Positions 1 through 10,097 of a DNA stretch of 64,000 nt are shown here, one piece after another (the stretch's first letter is position 1; each line of letters starts with the position of its first letter). This DNA comes from a virus. The position numbers and the translations under genes were made by a program. Location: the IMG/VR virus record IMGVR_UViG_3300024999_000066, positions 1 through 64,000 of that record; one strand, 5' to 3'. Below the pieces are notes generated by a model. That model was given only the letters and a program-made list of their open reading frames with translations. It was not told the origin of the DNA and made no database searches.

Positions 1-21
1 TCCAGACTAAACAATTTTGGT

Positions 22-858
22 GTGCTTGAGGTGGTGTCTATCAATAGTTCAGTTAAAGCGACCATCAGATTCGTTGAGTCTGGATATATAACAGAGGCAG
101 AACTAGGCTCTATCCGGACAGGCCAGGTAAAGGATTGGTCAAACAGCTACCGAGAATCGGTGGGTAAGGAGTTTCCAACTGTAAGCTATGGTAACGTAAC
201 TCTGTTGGAGTACAAGAACTGTAAAGAGGTTCTTGTTCGTTTTAATAATACAGGACACGAAGCTTGGTTCGAAGCGAGTAATATCAGCGTTGGTAAGATC
301 TACGACTGCATGGCTCCTATTGCAGGTGGTGGGTTTATTGGTGTTGGTGCATACAGTGCAAAAGGTAATTATAAAGCTTACCATCATTGGCACCAAATGT
401 TGACACGATGCAGCAGTGATGAGCATAAGTTTAGAAACTACTTTGATAAAGAGATTGTAGATGAGTGGTTGTGCTTTCAAGTTTTCGCCCCGTGGGCAGA
501 GAAGCAGATTGGGTTCGATAAACTTAAACCTAAGTGGCAGTTAGACAAAGACATTCTTGTACAAGGCAATAAAGTCTATGGTCCTGACACATGCTGCTTC
601 ATTCCTCACAGAATTAACAGCCTTGTTATCAAGTCCAATCCCGATGGCTTCTGGTCTACCAAAGACAGCCGCTGGTACTTCAGTTTCCGAGAACATGACA
701 GCACAAAGGTTCGGAAAGGGTTTATCAATAAAGAAGATGGGCTTGCTTGGTACAAAATTAACAAGGAGCGGGTTGTGAAAGAAGTGGCAGATCAGTACAA
801 AAATGAGCTTGACAGCCGAGTCTATCAAGCCTTATACTCATGGCAAGTCAACGGATAA
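22..858 (+). CDS. Putative free-standing HNH-type homing endonuclease (may start upstream of the window)
   Basis: Motifs 'YHHWHQMLTRC', 'EWLCFQVFAPW' and 'WQLDKDILVQGNKVYGPDTCCFIP' are typical of a phage HNH family; paralogous to 17523-18662 and 63258-63884. Confidence 0.75.
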   Translation: MLEVVSINSSVKATIRFVESGYITEAELGSIRTGQVKDWSNSYRESVGKEFPTVSYGNVTLLEYKNCKEVLVRFNNTGHEAWFEASNISVGKIYDCMAPIAGGGFIGVGAYSAKGNYKAYHHWHQMLTRCSSDEHKFRNYFDKEIVDEWLCFQVFAPWAEKQIGFDKLKPKWQLDKDILVQGNKVYGPDTCCFIPHRINSLVIKSNPDGFWSTKDSRWYFSFREHDSTKVRKGFINKEDGLAWYKINKERVVKEVADQYKNELDSRVYQALYSWQVNG

Positions 859-877
859 AGCTTTAGGTAGGTGTTCA

Positions 878-1525
878 ATGAGTCGTTTTTTCATGTTACA
901 AACATGGGTCGGGAGTCACGAAAACGAACCAGACTATAATGGTCAGCAGTGCGGTGAGCGTAACGTTCGTTCGATTGAAGCTGTGCCTTTGTATGACCAA
1001 TACGGCAACGCTAACGTGGGAGCCTTCAGCGATGAGGCAATTGCTGCTAGGTCTGGTAATGGCAAGAAACCAACTAAAGTCTCTATAAAGGCAAGAATCC
1101 TCCCCCAGCTCACTCGCCTAGAAAAGCTCCAAGCTGAAATCCTTGAGCTTGAATTAGCCTATAAATCTGGCGAGGTTAGTCCAGAAGACTATACAGTGCT
1201 ACGAAACATAGCATTTGCCAAGAAAGAACGGGCAGAAATCCTCTACAAACGAGCCATCTCGGTCAAACCTCGTTCACAGCTTGAAGACGACACACAATTC
1301 CCCGACAATTCCCCTCTTTCATGCGAAGAATATGCCCCAATTACCTGCGCAAATGACAAGGGTGATGACGGACACAGGGGTGAAGGGTTTGAGGGTTTTC
1401 TTGCGGATTTATCTGCGGATAATATGTTTAAGAATTTTCTACAAAAGGCTTGCAAGAGGATGAGGAAGGCAGTACACTGGTCACACAAAGCAAGATCCTA
1501 TTGGAATGAATTGAAGGCGGTGTGA
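878..1525 (+). CDS. Hypothetical protein
   Basis: Long ORF; ATG at 878 after AGGTAGG SD-like sequence. Confidence 0.6.
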   Translation: MSRFFMLQTWVGSHENEPDYNGQQCGERNVRSIEAVPLYDQYGNANVGAFSDEAIAARSGNGKKPTKVSIKARILPQLTRLEKLQAEILELELAYKSGEVSPEDYTVLRNIAFAKKERAEILYKRAISVKPRSQLEDDTQFPDNSPLSCEEYAPITCANDKGDDGHRGEGFEGFLADLSADNMFKNFLQKACKRMRKAVHWSHKARSYWNELKAV

Positions 1526-1526
1526 G

Positions 1527-1757
1527 ATGAAGAAGAAAGAACAGATTTCCCTACTCAAAGCGTCCTTGAAAGACATGTTGAATAGCTATGATCGTAACAC
1601 TTGTACTCACGAAGAGGAAGACCTTCACAGAGGTGGAGCTATTTGGACTATCTGTTCCTGTGGTAAGAAGTGGGCTGATGATGAAGGAGGGTTCATTCCT
1701 TATTCAGAACCTTTGTTTGTATCTTGTGCACGTCAACTTCTGGAAGAACAACAATGA
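1527..1757 (+). CDS. Hypothetical protein with C/H-rich (possible Zn-binding) motif
   Basis: CTHE...WTICSCGKKWADDEGG; coupled to the upstream stop. Confidence 0.6.
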   Translation: MKKKEQISLLKASLKDMLNSYDRNTCTHEEEDLHRGGAIWTICSCGKKWADDEGGFIPYSEPLFVSCARQLLEEQQ

Positions 1758-1893
1758 CCACAACCCACAAGTCATTTATGCATACATCCCTAACCGCAGC
1801 CATACTCACAATCGAGGGGCTTATCTCACAAGGATATGTGTCATTCAAGTTGTTTAAACAAGATGGCGCTTGGAATACACAAGTTAATGGAGA

Positions 1894-2109
1894 ATGGAAA
1901 TGATCATTAAACTTAAATCGTCTTGCGCAATGGGTGATAATTTCAGCTTTGGTATGTACACTAAAGAAAACCTACAATTCTTGCAAGCTTGTGGCGATGG
2001 TACTGTTCTTCAAAATGTCACCGACCACAATATGAACTACTACAAACTGCACAACGGATTCTTGGTACACAAATATAATGCTTACGAGTTGAAGGAACAA
2101 ACCAAATGA
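1894..2109 (+). CDS. Hypothetical early protein
   Basis: ORF with GGAG SD. Confidence 0.55.
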   Translation: MEMIIKLKSSCAMGDNFSFGMYTKENLQFLQACGDGTVLQNVTDHNMNYYKLHNGFLVHKYNAYELKEQTK

Positions 2110-2435
2110 ACACCTACACAACAATGACTATCTGTGATAGCAGTACATTCCAGAAATTCAACAAACGTTCTAAACACACATCAGAACACGAACAAGATAA
2201 TAAGCGCTATAGCAAACAAAGCTATAAACAACAACGGCAGGTAAAACGTTCCTGGGAGGGTGAGTGATGGAAAGTCATTTCAAAGTTGGTATTGGTTTGA
2301 GTGTGCTGGTAGTTACAATTATCATTTTGTGTTTTGCGGCTATCATCACAGAACAGAGTAGTCGGAATCGCTGTGTCTTGGAGGCTGTCAAGACAGTGAG
2401 TGCTGATGATGCTAACAAAATCTGTAAATAATCCC

Positions 2436-2464
2436 TTGACAGCCCTATGATATCAGTCTAGAAT
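2436..2464 (+). promoter_or_regulatory. sigma70-type promoter
   Basis: TTGACA-17 nt-TAGAAT. Confidence 0.8.
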
Positions 2465-2499
2465 TTAAATTACACAAACAAACCAGAGCGGAGAAATAC

Positions 2500-2727
2500 A
2501 TGAACACTATTAGTATCACTACACAAATTCCACTAGATGACATCGCACGTGGCCTGTCATATCAGCAAGCCCATGACTTGATCACATCAATTGATGAGGA
2601 TCGCTCAGATACAGCCTTCACTGAAGAAGTGATTACAAACCTTATTAATGCTATGTTGGTTGAGTTTGATGGCTTCCCCATTGAACTCAACGATTTCAAA
2701 AAGTCTATAATCAAGTTGTTTGATTAA
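2500..2727 (+). CDS. Hypothetical early protein
   Basis: GGAG SD; directly downstream of a promoter. Confidence 0.65.
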   Translation: MNTISITTQIPLDDIARGLSYQQAHDLITSIDEDRSDTAFTEEVITNLINAMLVEFDGFPIELNDFKKSIIKLFD

Positions 2728-2903
2728 CAGTTGATACATCCTTTGGAGCATCCCACCATGCGCATCACATTCCATCTTGTAACACAATATGCAGATGATT
2801 CTAAAGATATCAAATGTCTAACTTGTGGAGTGGAGGAGGCGACAAGACTTATGTGTAAGCTTCAATGTGTTTGTAAAGGAATGTGTTCTATTTATTTGGA
2901 AGC

Positions 2904-2932
2904 TTGCTAACAACAATTCCACACACTATCAT
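2904..2932 (+). promoter_or_regulatory. sigma70-type promoter
   Basis: TTGCTA-17 nt-TATCAT. Confidence 0.55.
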
Positions 2933-2961
2933 TGCTGTTGATAGCGTTATGAATTTATGAT

Positions 2962-3171
2962 ATGGAGAATGAAATGCATCAACCAATGCAAGGCGCACAA
3001 GCACAAGTAAAACGCTCTAACACTTCCTTCTATGATCAGGGGTGGAACGACTACATCTACGGCATTAAGCCTGACTTCAAGGGCGAATGGTCATACACCT
3101 TGGATTACAAAGACGGTTGGCTCGATTGTCAAGAAGCCACTAAGAAGTATGGGATACAAGAAGAAATCTAA
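2962..3171 (+). CDS. Hypothetical early protein
   Basis: ORF with SD; repeated 'YxxGWxD' motif. Confidence 0.6.
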   Translation: MENEMHQPMQGAQAQVKRSNTSFYDQGWNDYIYGIKPDFKGEWSYTLDYKDGWLDCQEATKKYGIQEEI

Positions 3172-3183
3172 AGGCGAATAAAT

Positions 3184-3489
3184 ATGAACTTCTTTGAAGG
3201 TTCCTATTACAAGCTACAGAAAGATTACTATGAGCACATTAAGCTTGAATGCACGTATGTGGAAGACAACACCGTGTGGTTTGTACAAGAATCACCTTTT
3301 CGTTTTGTTGAACCTACTGCAAACTATAAGCTCAACAAGAAGAACAATAAACTTTATAAGTTGAATAGTGCTTTTAGTTCATGGGACACAATCGAGAACA
3401 CATTGTCTGAATATGGGGCTGAAGACATTTGGAGCAAGAGGGCAGGGGTAGAGAGCTATCATTATGATGGCTTGGGAAAAGGAGATTAA
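3184..3489 (+). CDS. Hypothetical early protein
   Basis: ORF in operon with AAGG SD. Confidence 0.6.
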   Translation: MNFFEGSYYKLQKDYYEHIKLECTYVEDNTVWFVQESPFRFVEPTANYKLNKKNNKLYKLNSAFSSWDTIENTLSEYGAEDIWSKRAGVESYHYDGLGKGD

Positions 3490-3490
3490 C

Positions 3491-3808
3491 ATGAGCTGGT
3501 CACACTGTGGTACAGATAGACAAGGTAGACTGATTGGTTATGCACATGAAGCAGTGTGTGACCATGAAGGCTGTAACAAAGTTATTGACAGAGGTTTGTC
3601 TTATGCTTGTGGTGGTATGCATGGCGAAGATGAACATAGCTGTGACAAGTACTTCTGTTCAGAACACCTTGAGTGGACACTTGACTTAGATGATGAGTAT
3701 AAGAATGTCTGTGAAGAGTGTATGGTACGTCTTACGACTTCTGGTGATTATGCTTTGAATGTTGAAGATTGGGTGATTCGTAAGCTAGAACGACCTATTA
3801 CAGATTAG
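3491..3808 (+). CDS. Conserved Cys/His-rich hypothetical phage protein
   Basis: AAGGAG SD; 'GRLIGY...CDHEGC...IDRGLSYACGGMHG...C..YFC..H' Zn-binding pattern. Confidence 0.65.
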   Translation: MSWSHCGTDRQGRLIGYAHEAVCDHEGCNKVIDRGLSYACGGMHGEDEHSCDKYFCSEHLEWTLDLDDEYKNVCEECMVRLTTSGDYALNVEDWVIRKLERPITD

Positions 3809-3850
3809 CCGTAGATAGAAACATTCAATGAACAATCTTCAAATCTCTTG

Positions 3851-3879
3851 TTGACCTGTGTCTTGGTTATCCCTATAAT
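3851..3879 (+). promoter_or_regulatory. sigma70-type promoter
   Basis: TTGACC-17 nt-TATAAT. Confidence 0.8.
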
Positions 3880-3944
3880 TGTCTCAAGAGGGAAGCAAAA
3901 GCAACCCACAAGACAGAAGAGAGAAAGCCCTGGAGGGCAATATC

Positions 3945-4181
3945 ATGACTAACAAATCCTACAACGGTCACAAGAATTACAACGCTTGGAACGTAAGTCT
4001 GTGGATTAACAACGATCAAGGTTTGTACAACATGGCTAAAAACTACATTGAAGACTACGGTCATCGTGAAGTAGCAGCAGAGAAAATGACTCAGGCTTTG
4101 ATTGAAGATGGTTGTGCACAGACTCCAGATGGTGTCAAGTATACTAAGACTAACATCCGTCTTGCCATGGTGGGGATGTAA
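3945..4181 (+). CDS. Conserved small phage protein (YNG-NY-WNV-LW-N motif)
   Basis: GGAGG SD; 'YNGHKNYNAWNVSLWINNDQGLY'. Confidence 0.7.
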   Translation: MTNKSYNGHKNYNAWNVSLWINNDQGLYNMAKNYIEDYGHREVAAEKMTQALIEDGCAQTPDGVKYTKTNIRLAMVGM

Positions 4182-4262
4182 AAAGAATTCTCCAAAAGCC
4201 CTTGCTTATGTGTGAGGGAGTGTTATATTGATTACATCAAAGACAAACACAGGAACAAGGCC

Positions 4263-4427
4263 ATGACCAATCAAACCACCACAGCCAAATACGTTGTCAT
4301 AGACCGTCATACTGGTGCTATCGTAAGTAAACCAATGTCTTTGACAGCAGCACGTCGTAGTGTAGATCGTCGGGATAATGCTTACGGTGCTTATCGTTTT
4401 GGTACACGTCGTCTGGAGGCAGTGTAA
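4263..4427 (+). CDS. Small basic early protein
   Basis: AGGA/AAGG SD; promoter-like TTGCTT...TGnTATATT at 4202-4229. Confidence 0.55.
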   Translation: MTNQTTTAKYVVIDRHTGAIVSKPMSLTAARRSVDRRDNAYGAYRFGTRRLEAV

Positions 4428-4615
4428 TGTACACACTAGCTCTGTACATCCTTATCTGCACATCTCCTAGCCAATGTGATGAGTATCAGCCAGCATCTTG
4501 GACTGTATCAACAGAGCAAGAAGAAACATTAGCATTCGAACAATGTGCAGCCATTGAACAGCAGTGGATGGGCGTGCAGGGGTATAGGGAAAGCGATTGC
4601 TACTATGTGGAATAA
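4427..4615 (+). CDS. Small protein with hydrophobic N-terminus and 4 Cys (possibly exported)
   Basis: GGAGG SD; TAATG stop/start overlap. Confidence 0.55.
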   Translation: MYTLALYILICTSPSQCDEYQPASWTVSTEQEETLAFEQCAAIEQQWMGVQGYRESDCYYVE

Positions 4616-4646
4616 TGTCCTACGTTGAATAGCTGACGAACGGTAG

Positions 4647-4675
4647 TAGACACAAGCATCCTGTATTGGTATTCT
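4647..4675 (+). promoter_or_regulatory. sigma70-type promoter
   Basis: TAGACA-17 nt-TATTCT. Confidence 0.6.
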
Positions 4676-4872
4676 ACCCTTACTGAAACGAACAACGGAG
4701 CAAGACGAAATGACCTACAATAAATTCTATGTGTTCTTTGAAGATGGTTCTTCAATCGCTACTGAGTATCCAGAAGACTGGACCTTAGCGGATGTGGCGG
4801 CTAGTAACAATGTCCATCCTGATTCTGTGATGGGTCCATATCCAGTCGTCGAATAGGACTAGTTCTGAAATC

Positions 4873-4895
4873 AAGCCCTTTAACCGGGGCTTTGT
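4873..4895 (+). terminator. Rho-independent terminator
   Basis: AAGCCC/GGGCTT stem followed by T-rich tail. Confidence 0.6.
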
Positions 4896-4932
4896 CATTA
4901 TCTAAATTTATTCAATTTCTTTTAAATTCTTC

Positions 4933-4961
4933 TTGCACACATCCTAGATAAGCTCTATAAT
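4933..4961 (+). promoter_or_regulatory. sigma70-type promoter
   Basis: TTGCAC-17 nt-TATAAT with AT-rich UP element. Confidence 0.7.
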
Positions 4962-5170
4962 TCTTCTAACAAAACAGAAAAACTTAGGAGAATAACATGA
5001 CTTCCTTAAACAAAATCAACATCATCTCCCCGTTCTTTGTAAATGGGCTTATCCTTTGGCAAGATGTGTCTATGGCTGGCTTGTATGAGCAATTTACAAT
5101 GATGAGTGGTGACTATGTCCCATACTCGCCTGTGAAGTTTGAATGTCTGTAACAGATTAGGAATATAGTT

Positions 5171-5350
5171 ATGTATAAAGAAAAACAGATTGTTCGTATC
5201 AATGATGTATTGTCTCAATTTCATAGACAGAAATGTGTTATTATCAAGAAGAATAAGAAGAGTTATGATTTGGAGACATTGTGTAAGAGGAAGACAAGGG
5301 TTAGGGTAGTGGAAGAGCAGATGATTGGTGTTACTCATAAAACTGTCTAG
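5171..5350 (+). CDS. Small basic hypothetical protein (59 aa; not in ORF track)
   Basis: AGGA SD; ATG TAT AAA ... GTC TAG. Confidence 0.5.
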   Translation: MYKEKQIVRINDVLSQFHRQKCVIIKKNKKSYDLETLCKRKTRVRVVEEQMIGVTHKTV

Positions 5351-5416
5351 GCTACTTTCAAGATAATAAATAAGATATGCATTAATGCATAAATAATTAT
5401 CCTAGCAGGTTATTCT

Positions 5417-5443
5417 AGCCCCTTCATTTGAAGGGGCTTTATT
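5417..5443 (+). terminator. Rho-independent terminator ending the early block
   Basis: AGCCCCTTCA/TGAAGGGGCT stem followed by TTTATT. Confidence 0.7.
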
Positions 5444-6133
5444 ATGTGTTGAACATTCCTATTGACTATTTAAGTAAGCACTTTGTCGTTCTCGTTCACT
5501 TCTCTCAAAACCTTATCCCACATAGTCCTAATGACTACTCTGGTAGAGTCTTTTTGACTACTTTGTAGTGCCTACTAGGGTCGATCAAATACACTGTAAT
5601 GTTAAGCTTGTTAGTGATGCGCTCTCACTTCCCACACCGTAACGATTTCTTTACACACATTATCGCCCAATAATCCCTTGACAATACATCTCAACTACAC
5701 CATATGGCCCTGTACATGTAGGCTAATACATGTTCTTGACAAGATGGTTACGGGTGTGGTAGGTGATGAATGAGTGTGTCTTATTATGGTTGACATAAAG
5801 CTTAGCCTATGAGTGCCTCCTAAGTGGTTGTAATTAGCTACTTAACATAATCACAAATTGAACGCACAGTTAGTGCACAAAGTATCTCTCAACATGTCTG
5901 GCTAAGTATGTCAAGGATAATATGTTTGTTAGTGGTAGTGGGTGGACATAGCACAGATGTTGCTAATCAATTATCGTGCCATATTTCTCGATTGTGTCAT
6001 ACCGTTGGTCGGGCGGTCCTCTGAGCATTAAGCAGCTCATCTATAGATCCAGTAAATTCAAGGCTTACAAAGATATTTAGGCAAATAAAAAGAGGCCCCT
6101 TATACAAGCAAGTCCTCTCAGTTTTACGGGGGT

Positions 6134-7126
6134 TTAGATATTTCTCACTCCACCATGCTCCTCAAAAATAGCTATTACAAGGTCTAAATTGGAGGGGAAT
6201 GTGGTTTCAGTGTATCCGTCAGGCATTTCCTCTTTACTAATTACCTTCGTAGTTAAGTTGTTCAGACAATATCTTTCAGCAGCTCTACAGTCTTTAACTG
6301 TTGGGTAAGTCCACACACCATAGTTTATGACCTTGTATATTGATAACTGATTCTGACGTTTAATTCTTTCAGTAGATAGGTTTGCAATACCAAACTTAAT
6401 AGCAATTACATCTTCCTTATCCATAACTAGATTAATATAAGTCTCTTGTTGTCTGTTACCACTACATGCACAAGACCTAGTACCTTTATATAAACCTACG
6501 AGATTACCTTCACCTGATTCACCGCAGTCAGGACAATCCATGTACCAATACTTCTTGTGTCCGTGTTTATCAACCCTTCCACTCCTAGTAAATACTGTAC
6601 CTTCAGAGTAGCATCCTGTATCCATAAACATTTTGATCATTACTGAATCATCCTTACGTTTAAAGTCTCCCATCCTGATTGCAAAGCAACCTCTACAACT
6701 CTTTACAAACTTACTATCAAGAACAAAGCTAATACTGGTCTTTCCTATTTTGCCGTGTTCAACACAGTCAGCATCAACAAGTGTTTTATTGGCAGTTGTG
6801 AAGTCATTAGCCCAACCTTTGAAAATTAAACTCACTTCATCACAAGCTCTCTTAACCCTTACTTTGTATTGATCTTCAGTCCAATTACATTTATCTGTAC
6901 ACCCACAAGGAATACAACCTCTACTGAGATGCCCCTTACTAATTGCAAACAAGCCATCACCGAAAAGTTCAGGATCTTCTTTACAGATTGCACATGTTAC
7001 AATATACTTCTTATCATTCTGATACTTCCCGTTCCAACCAATAACAGTTAAATCCCCATATTGTGTTCCTTCAAATCCATCATACTGTAGGGTTTCTCCA
7101 TTTAACAAGTCTTCCAAGTTAGCCAT
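6134..7126 (-). CDS. Putative homing endonuclease (Zn-finger repeats plus GIY-YIG/T5orf172-like C-terminus)
   Basis: Several CxxC motifs; C-terminal 'YINLV...IKFGIAN...ERIKRQN...AERYC...DGYTET'. Confidence 0.55.
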   Translation of the reverse strand: MANLEDLLNGETLQYDGFEGTQYGDLTVIGWNGKYQNDKKYIVTCAICKEDPELFGDGLFAISKGHLSRGCIPCGCTDKCNWTEDQYKVRVKRACDEVSLIFKGWANDFTTANKTLVDADCVEHGKIGKTSISFVLDSKFVKSCRGCFAIRMGDFKRKDDSVMIKMFMDTGCYSEGTVFTRSGRVDKHGHKKYWYMDCPDCGESGEGNLVGLYKGTRSCACSGNRQQETYINLVMDKEDVIAIKFGIANLSTERIKRQNQLSIYKVINYGVWTYPTVKDCRAAERYCLNNLTTKVISKEEMPDGYTETTFPSNLDLVIAIFEEHGGVRNI

Positions 7127-7154
7127 ACAAATCCTTATTATACTCCGAGCGTAA

Positions 7155-7688
7155 TTAATTAATTCTGAAGTCTCTTACAGCTTCACCATATTCTAGATAT
7201 TTCCCATCTAACCTGAGCTGCAATATTTCATCTGGTACAGCAGTCAGGGGTTTAGAAAACAATGGGCTTTGAAATCCAGTGTAGTAGGCAGTAATGAAGT
7301 TACGTTCCATCTCTTTAATCCTCATAATCTCTTCCGGTATCTGTTGTTGGTAGGCTTCTATTCGCCCTTGTATCCCTTTGAGTGCAAACCTAGTTGTTTG
7401 TGCAAGTCTTCGTGCTGTACTATCCCCCATTGCATATCCAACCTCCCTCGTCTTAACACTTTGAGAAGTAATTGGATCTAGCATCAGACATTTGAACACA
7501 AGCTTAGGACTGATATTAACTTTACCGTTGGAAGTCCCAGCAACAATATAAACAGCAGCCCACACAGCTTCCTCCACGAAAGCTGGCATTTTCTGTTTAG
7601 TATCTGAGTTTAGGGTTTCTTTCCAACGGTGTTCAATAAGCCATTCAGCTACAATCTCATTGTCCGTCTTCTTTGGTAGTCTTGCCAT
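7155..7688 (-). CDS. Hypothetical protein
   Basis: 177-aa ORF with GAGGAG SD. Confidence 0.7.
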   Translation of the reverse strand: MARLPKKTDNEIVAEWLIEHRWKETLNSDTKQKMPAFVEEAVWAAVYIVAGTSNGKVNISPKLVFKCLMLDPITSQSVKTREVGYAMGDSTARRLAQTTRFALKGIQGRIEAYQQQIPEEIMRIKEMERNFITAYYTGFQSPLFSKPLTAVPDEILQLRLDGKYLEYGEAVRDFRIN

Positions 7689-7929
7689 AAGTCTCCTCTA
7701 TGTGTTTATCAAACTCTTTCTTCTTAAATTCAAAGTACAAATCTGTTTGTTTCTTTAATTCTTGCATTGCCATCTGAAACATATCAGCATAGCTTTGTTG
7801 TTGTTCATACATCACTCTTCCTCCTCATAGATAGGTTCGCCTTCTTCATCAAATCCAAGTTCATTACATGCTGGACATAACCCCTCAGAATCTAGTAACC
7901 ACATCATTGTCCCACAGTATTTGCAGTCT

Positions 7930-8145
7930 TCACTCATCAGTGCTCTCCAACTCAACCAATATTTCCAACATAACTAAAGCCCTCTCACGATTCCTATACT
8001 GGCTTCTCTCACTAATAGACACAACACCTAGTCCTGTAGGCTGATGAACAATAAGCACACCACTGTGTGTAAGTCCTACATGTTGCCCTCAAGTTTTATA
8101 GGGTGGGTATGTACTGATTTCTAAGTCTTCTGGTTTAAGATTCAT
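7930..8145 (-). pseudogene. Peptide chain release factor (RF-1/GGQ domain)-like mini-protein with an in-frame TGA at 8089-8091
   Basis: Hand translation [70 protein letters not shown] matches the class I RF signature GGQHVN...V.I.H.PTG..V....RSQ..N...A. Confidence 0.7.
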
Positions 8146-8561
8146 TCTTTACTAATACTCCCAATATTACCATCACAGAAATACATCATCTCTTCAATTG
8201 CATCTCCAATATTCTTATAGTGCTCGTAGTCATCCTTATCTTCAGGCGGATACACCTTACTCCAACTCTTCTCTTCTGTAAAGGACCAAGTGCTATCTAC
8301 GTCTACAGAATTCCATTTGTTGGATAGAAGATATTCTGCAACTTCGTACCAAGTGTTAAAGTCATTCACTCCAAACCCTCCCACTAACATGACCTTGATG
8401 GTACATCTCCCAAGCCTCATTTGTACGACTATCAGCATAAAAGAAACTATACTCAGCATCCCTCACCACTGAATAACCTCTACGAACAGCGTAATATTCA
8501 AACTCTTGTCGAGTCTGCTCTTCAAACAAATCCCAACCATCTTCATTGCAGCCGTTACTTT

Positions 8562-8849
8562 TCACCATTCAAACTCCATCTTAACAATAGTTTTCTCATA
8601 CCGTACTGACACCATAGTCGTAACCAGCCACTTGCAAATCTTGACAGCCAGTCCAGGGTCTTTACAAACACCTGTCAATGTAACAGTACCCGTCATATCC
8701 TCAACGCTCTTTACTCTCAGAGTATTCCCTGTGTTAATCTTATTCCAGATAGAACACATGCATTCAATTGTTTCAATATCACCAAGCTTCGTGTGCAGAT
8801 ATGTTAGACTTGTGTATTCAACTGGTAATTCAAACTTCTCGTAATTCAT
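8562..8849 (-). CDS. Hypothetical protein
   Basis: GAGGAGGGG SD; overlaps neighbours in operon. Confidence 0.6.
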   Translation of the reverse strand: MNYEKFELPVEYTSLTYLHTKLGDIETIECMCSIWNKINTGNTLRVKSVEDMTGTVTLTGVCKDPGLAVKICKWLVTTMVSVRYEKTIVKMEFEW

Positions 8850-9701
8850 TTCCCCTCCTCAATCTTAAACTCAGACCATTCGTCAATAGCTCTCTGCCAA
8901 GCCTCTGACTCATAATCAATATCAGCACAGAAGCCACCATTAAGTGTTTCCCTGAAGTTAACAAACAAGCTGTCCTCTGGTTTCAAACACATCTTCCCAC
9001 CACCAACTGTAGACTCTTTACTACACTTGTGCTTAAGGCGTGCATTACATGAGCAGCGTTCTTCTGGGATGTTAGTCATTAGCCTCTTCCTCCAATTTAA
9101 TCCATTCACCCCAACCACCAGTCTTGATATCCGTAAGCCTGTACCAGATACTATCATCTTCAAGGATTGTTGTCTGTATTTCTATACAGATTGATGAAGT
9201 CTTTCGTACAGGTGTTGGGAATTGTATGATGTTCATGATTTGTCATCCTCAGCAATACGCCGTACACTTCCTACAAGGGCAACTTAGCCCCAGAGGCTTC
9301 ATACGATCTTCTATAGGGACGGTATCCCATAGACATTTAGTCTCCAATCCCTTCGGGTAGGGTGTAGGCCAAGTGTAGTCTGTAAAAGGATAGTGGATCT
9401 GTTTATATCGTGCAAGAGATTCTTCCAACTCTTTTCTAATTTCTTTCAGTTGGTCTTCTATGGACTGCATACGTTCTTCAATTGTTTGGTTCATTTGTTT
9501 TCCTCCAATAATTCTCACATTCAGACTGATAGCAACCCTTTGATTTAAACAATAGCCAATTAGGCTTCATACCACTCCCACACAGAGAGCACGGATTACC
9601 GTTACAACCTACACGCATTAGTGGTGGTTTAGGTGGTGCACTTGGAGCTTTTGATCTTTGAATATTCTCAGGCATCGGTGTTGGCGCTTTAGCTGTCATA
9701 G

Positions 9702-10097
9702 TCAATCCTCCAAATAAACTCTCATAGCCCACGTAACTTGCCTACGCAAGCCTTCTTTATAGTCATAAATCACCCCATCAACAACAGCTAGGGCATGGCC
9801 CCTAACACAGACATAGAATCTACCTTCACTGTGTTTATCTATAAAGTTTTTCAATGTAATCCTATTTTCCCTAGAGTAAGGACCAACTTTGTGTTTAGTT
9901 TTCTTCAAGCTAGGGGCAAGAACATCTATGCTTCGAAGACCTTTTCTGTTCCGTCTACCGCAATGATTCTTCAGATGTGCATGGGCTCTCTCGTAGGTCG
10001 TATTAAACACTACAGAGAAAGCTTTTACTGTACAATCGTTTGTTTCTTTCATTGCTCTACTGCTTTCATTAAACATCCCTGTGTAGTTGTACCACAT
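9702..10097 (-). CDS. Hypothetical protein with papain/C39-like Cys-His motif
   Basis: 'NDCTVKAFS...Y..AH' and 'RGHALAVVDGVIYD'. Confidence 0.55.
   Translation of the reverse strand: MWYNYTGMFNESSRAMKETNDCTVKAFSVVFNTTYERAHAHLKNHCGRRNRKGLRSIDVLAPSLKKTKHKVGPYSRENRITLKNFIDKHSEGRFYVCVRGHALAVVDGVIYDYKEGLRRQVTWAMRVYLED

Noticed and set aside
7930-8145. Genome-wide UGA reassignment to Gly or Trp
   Set aside because: Many genes end cleanly at TGA (e.g. 39850, 42966, 46827, 55240) and no UCA-anticodon tRNA is visible
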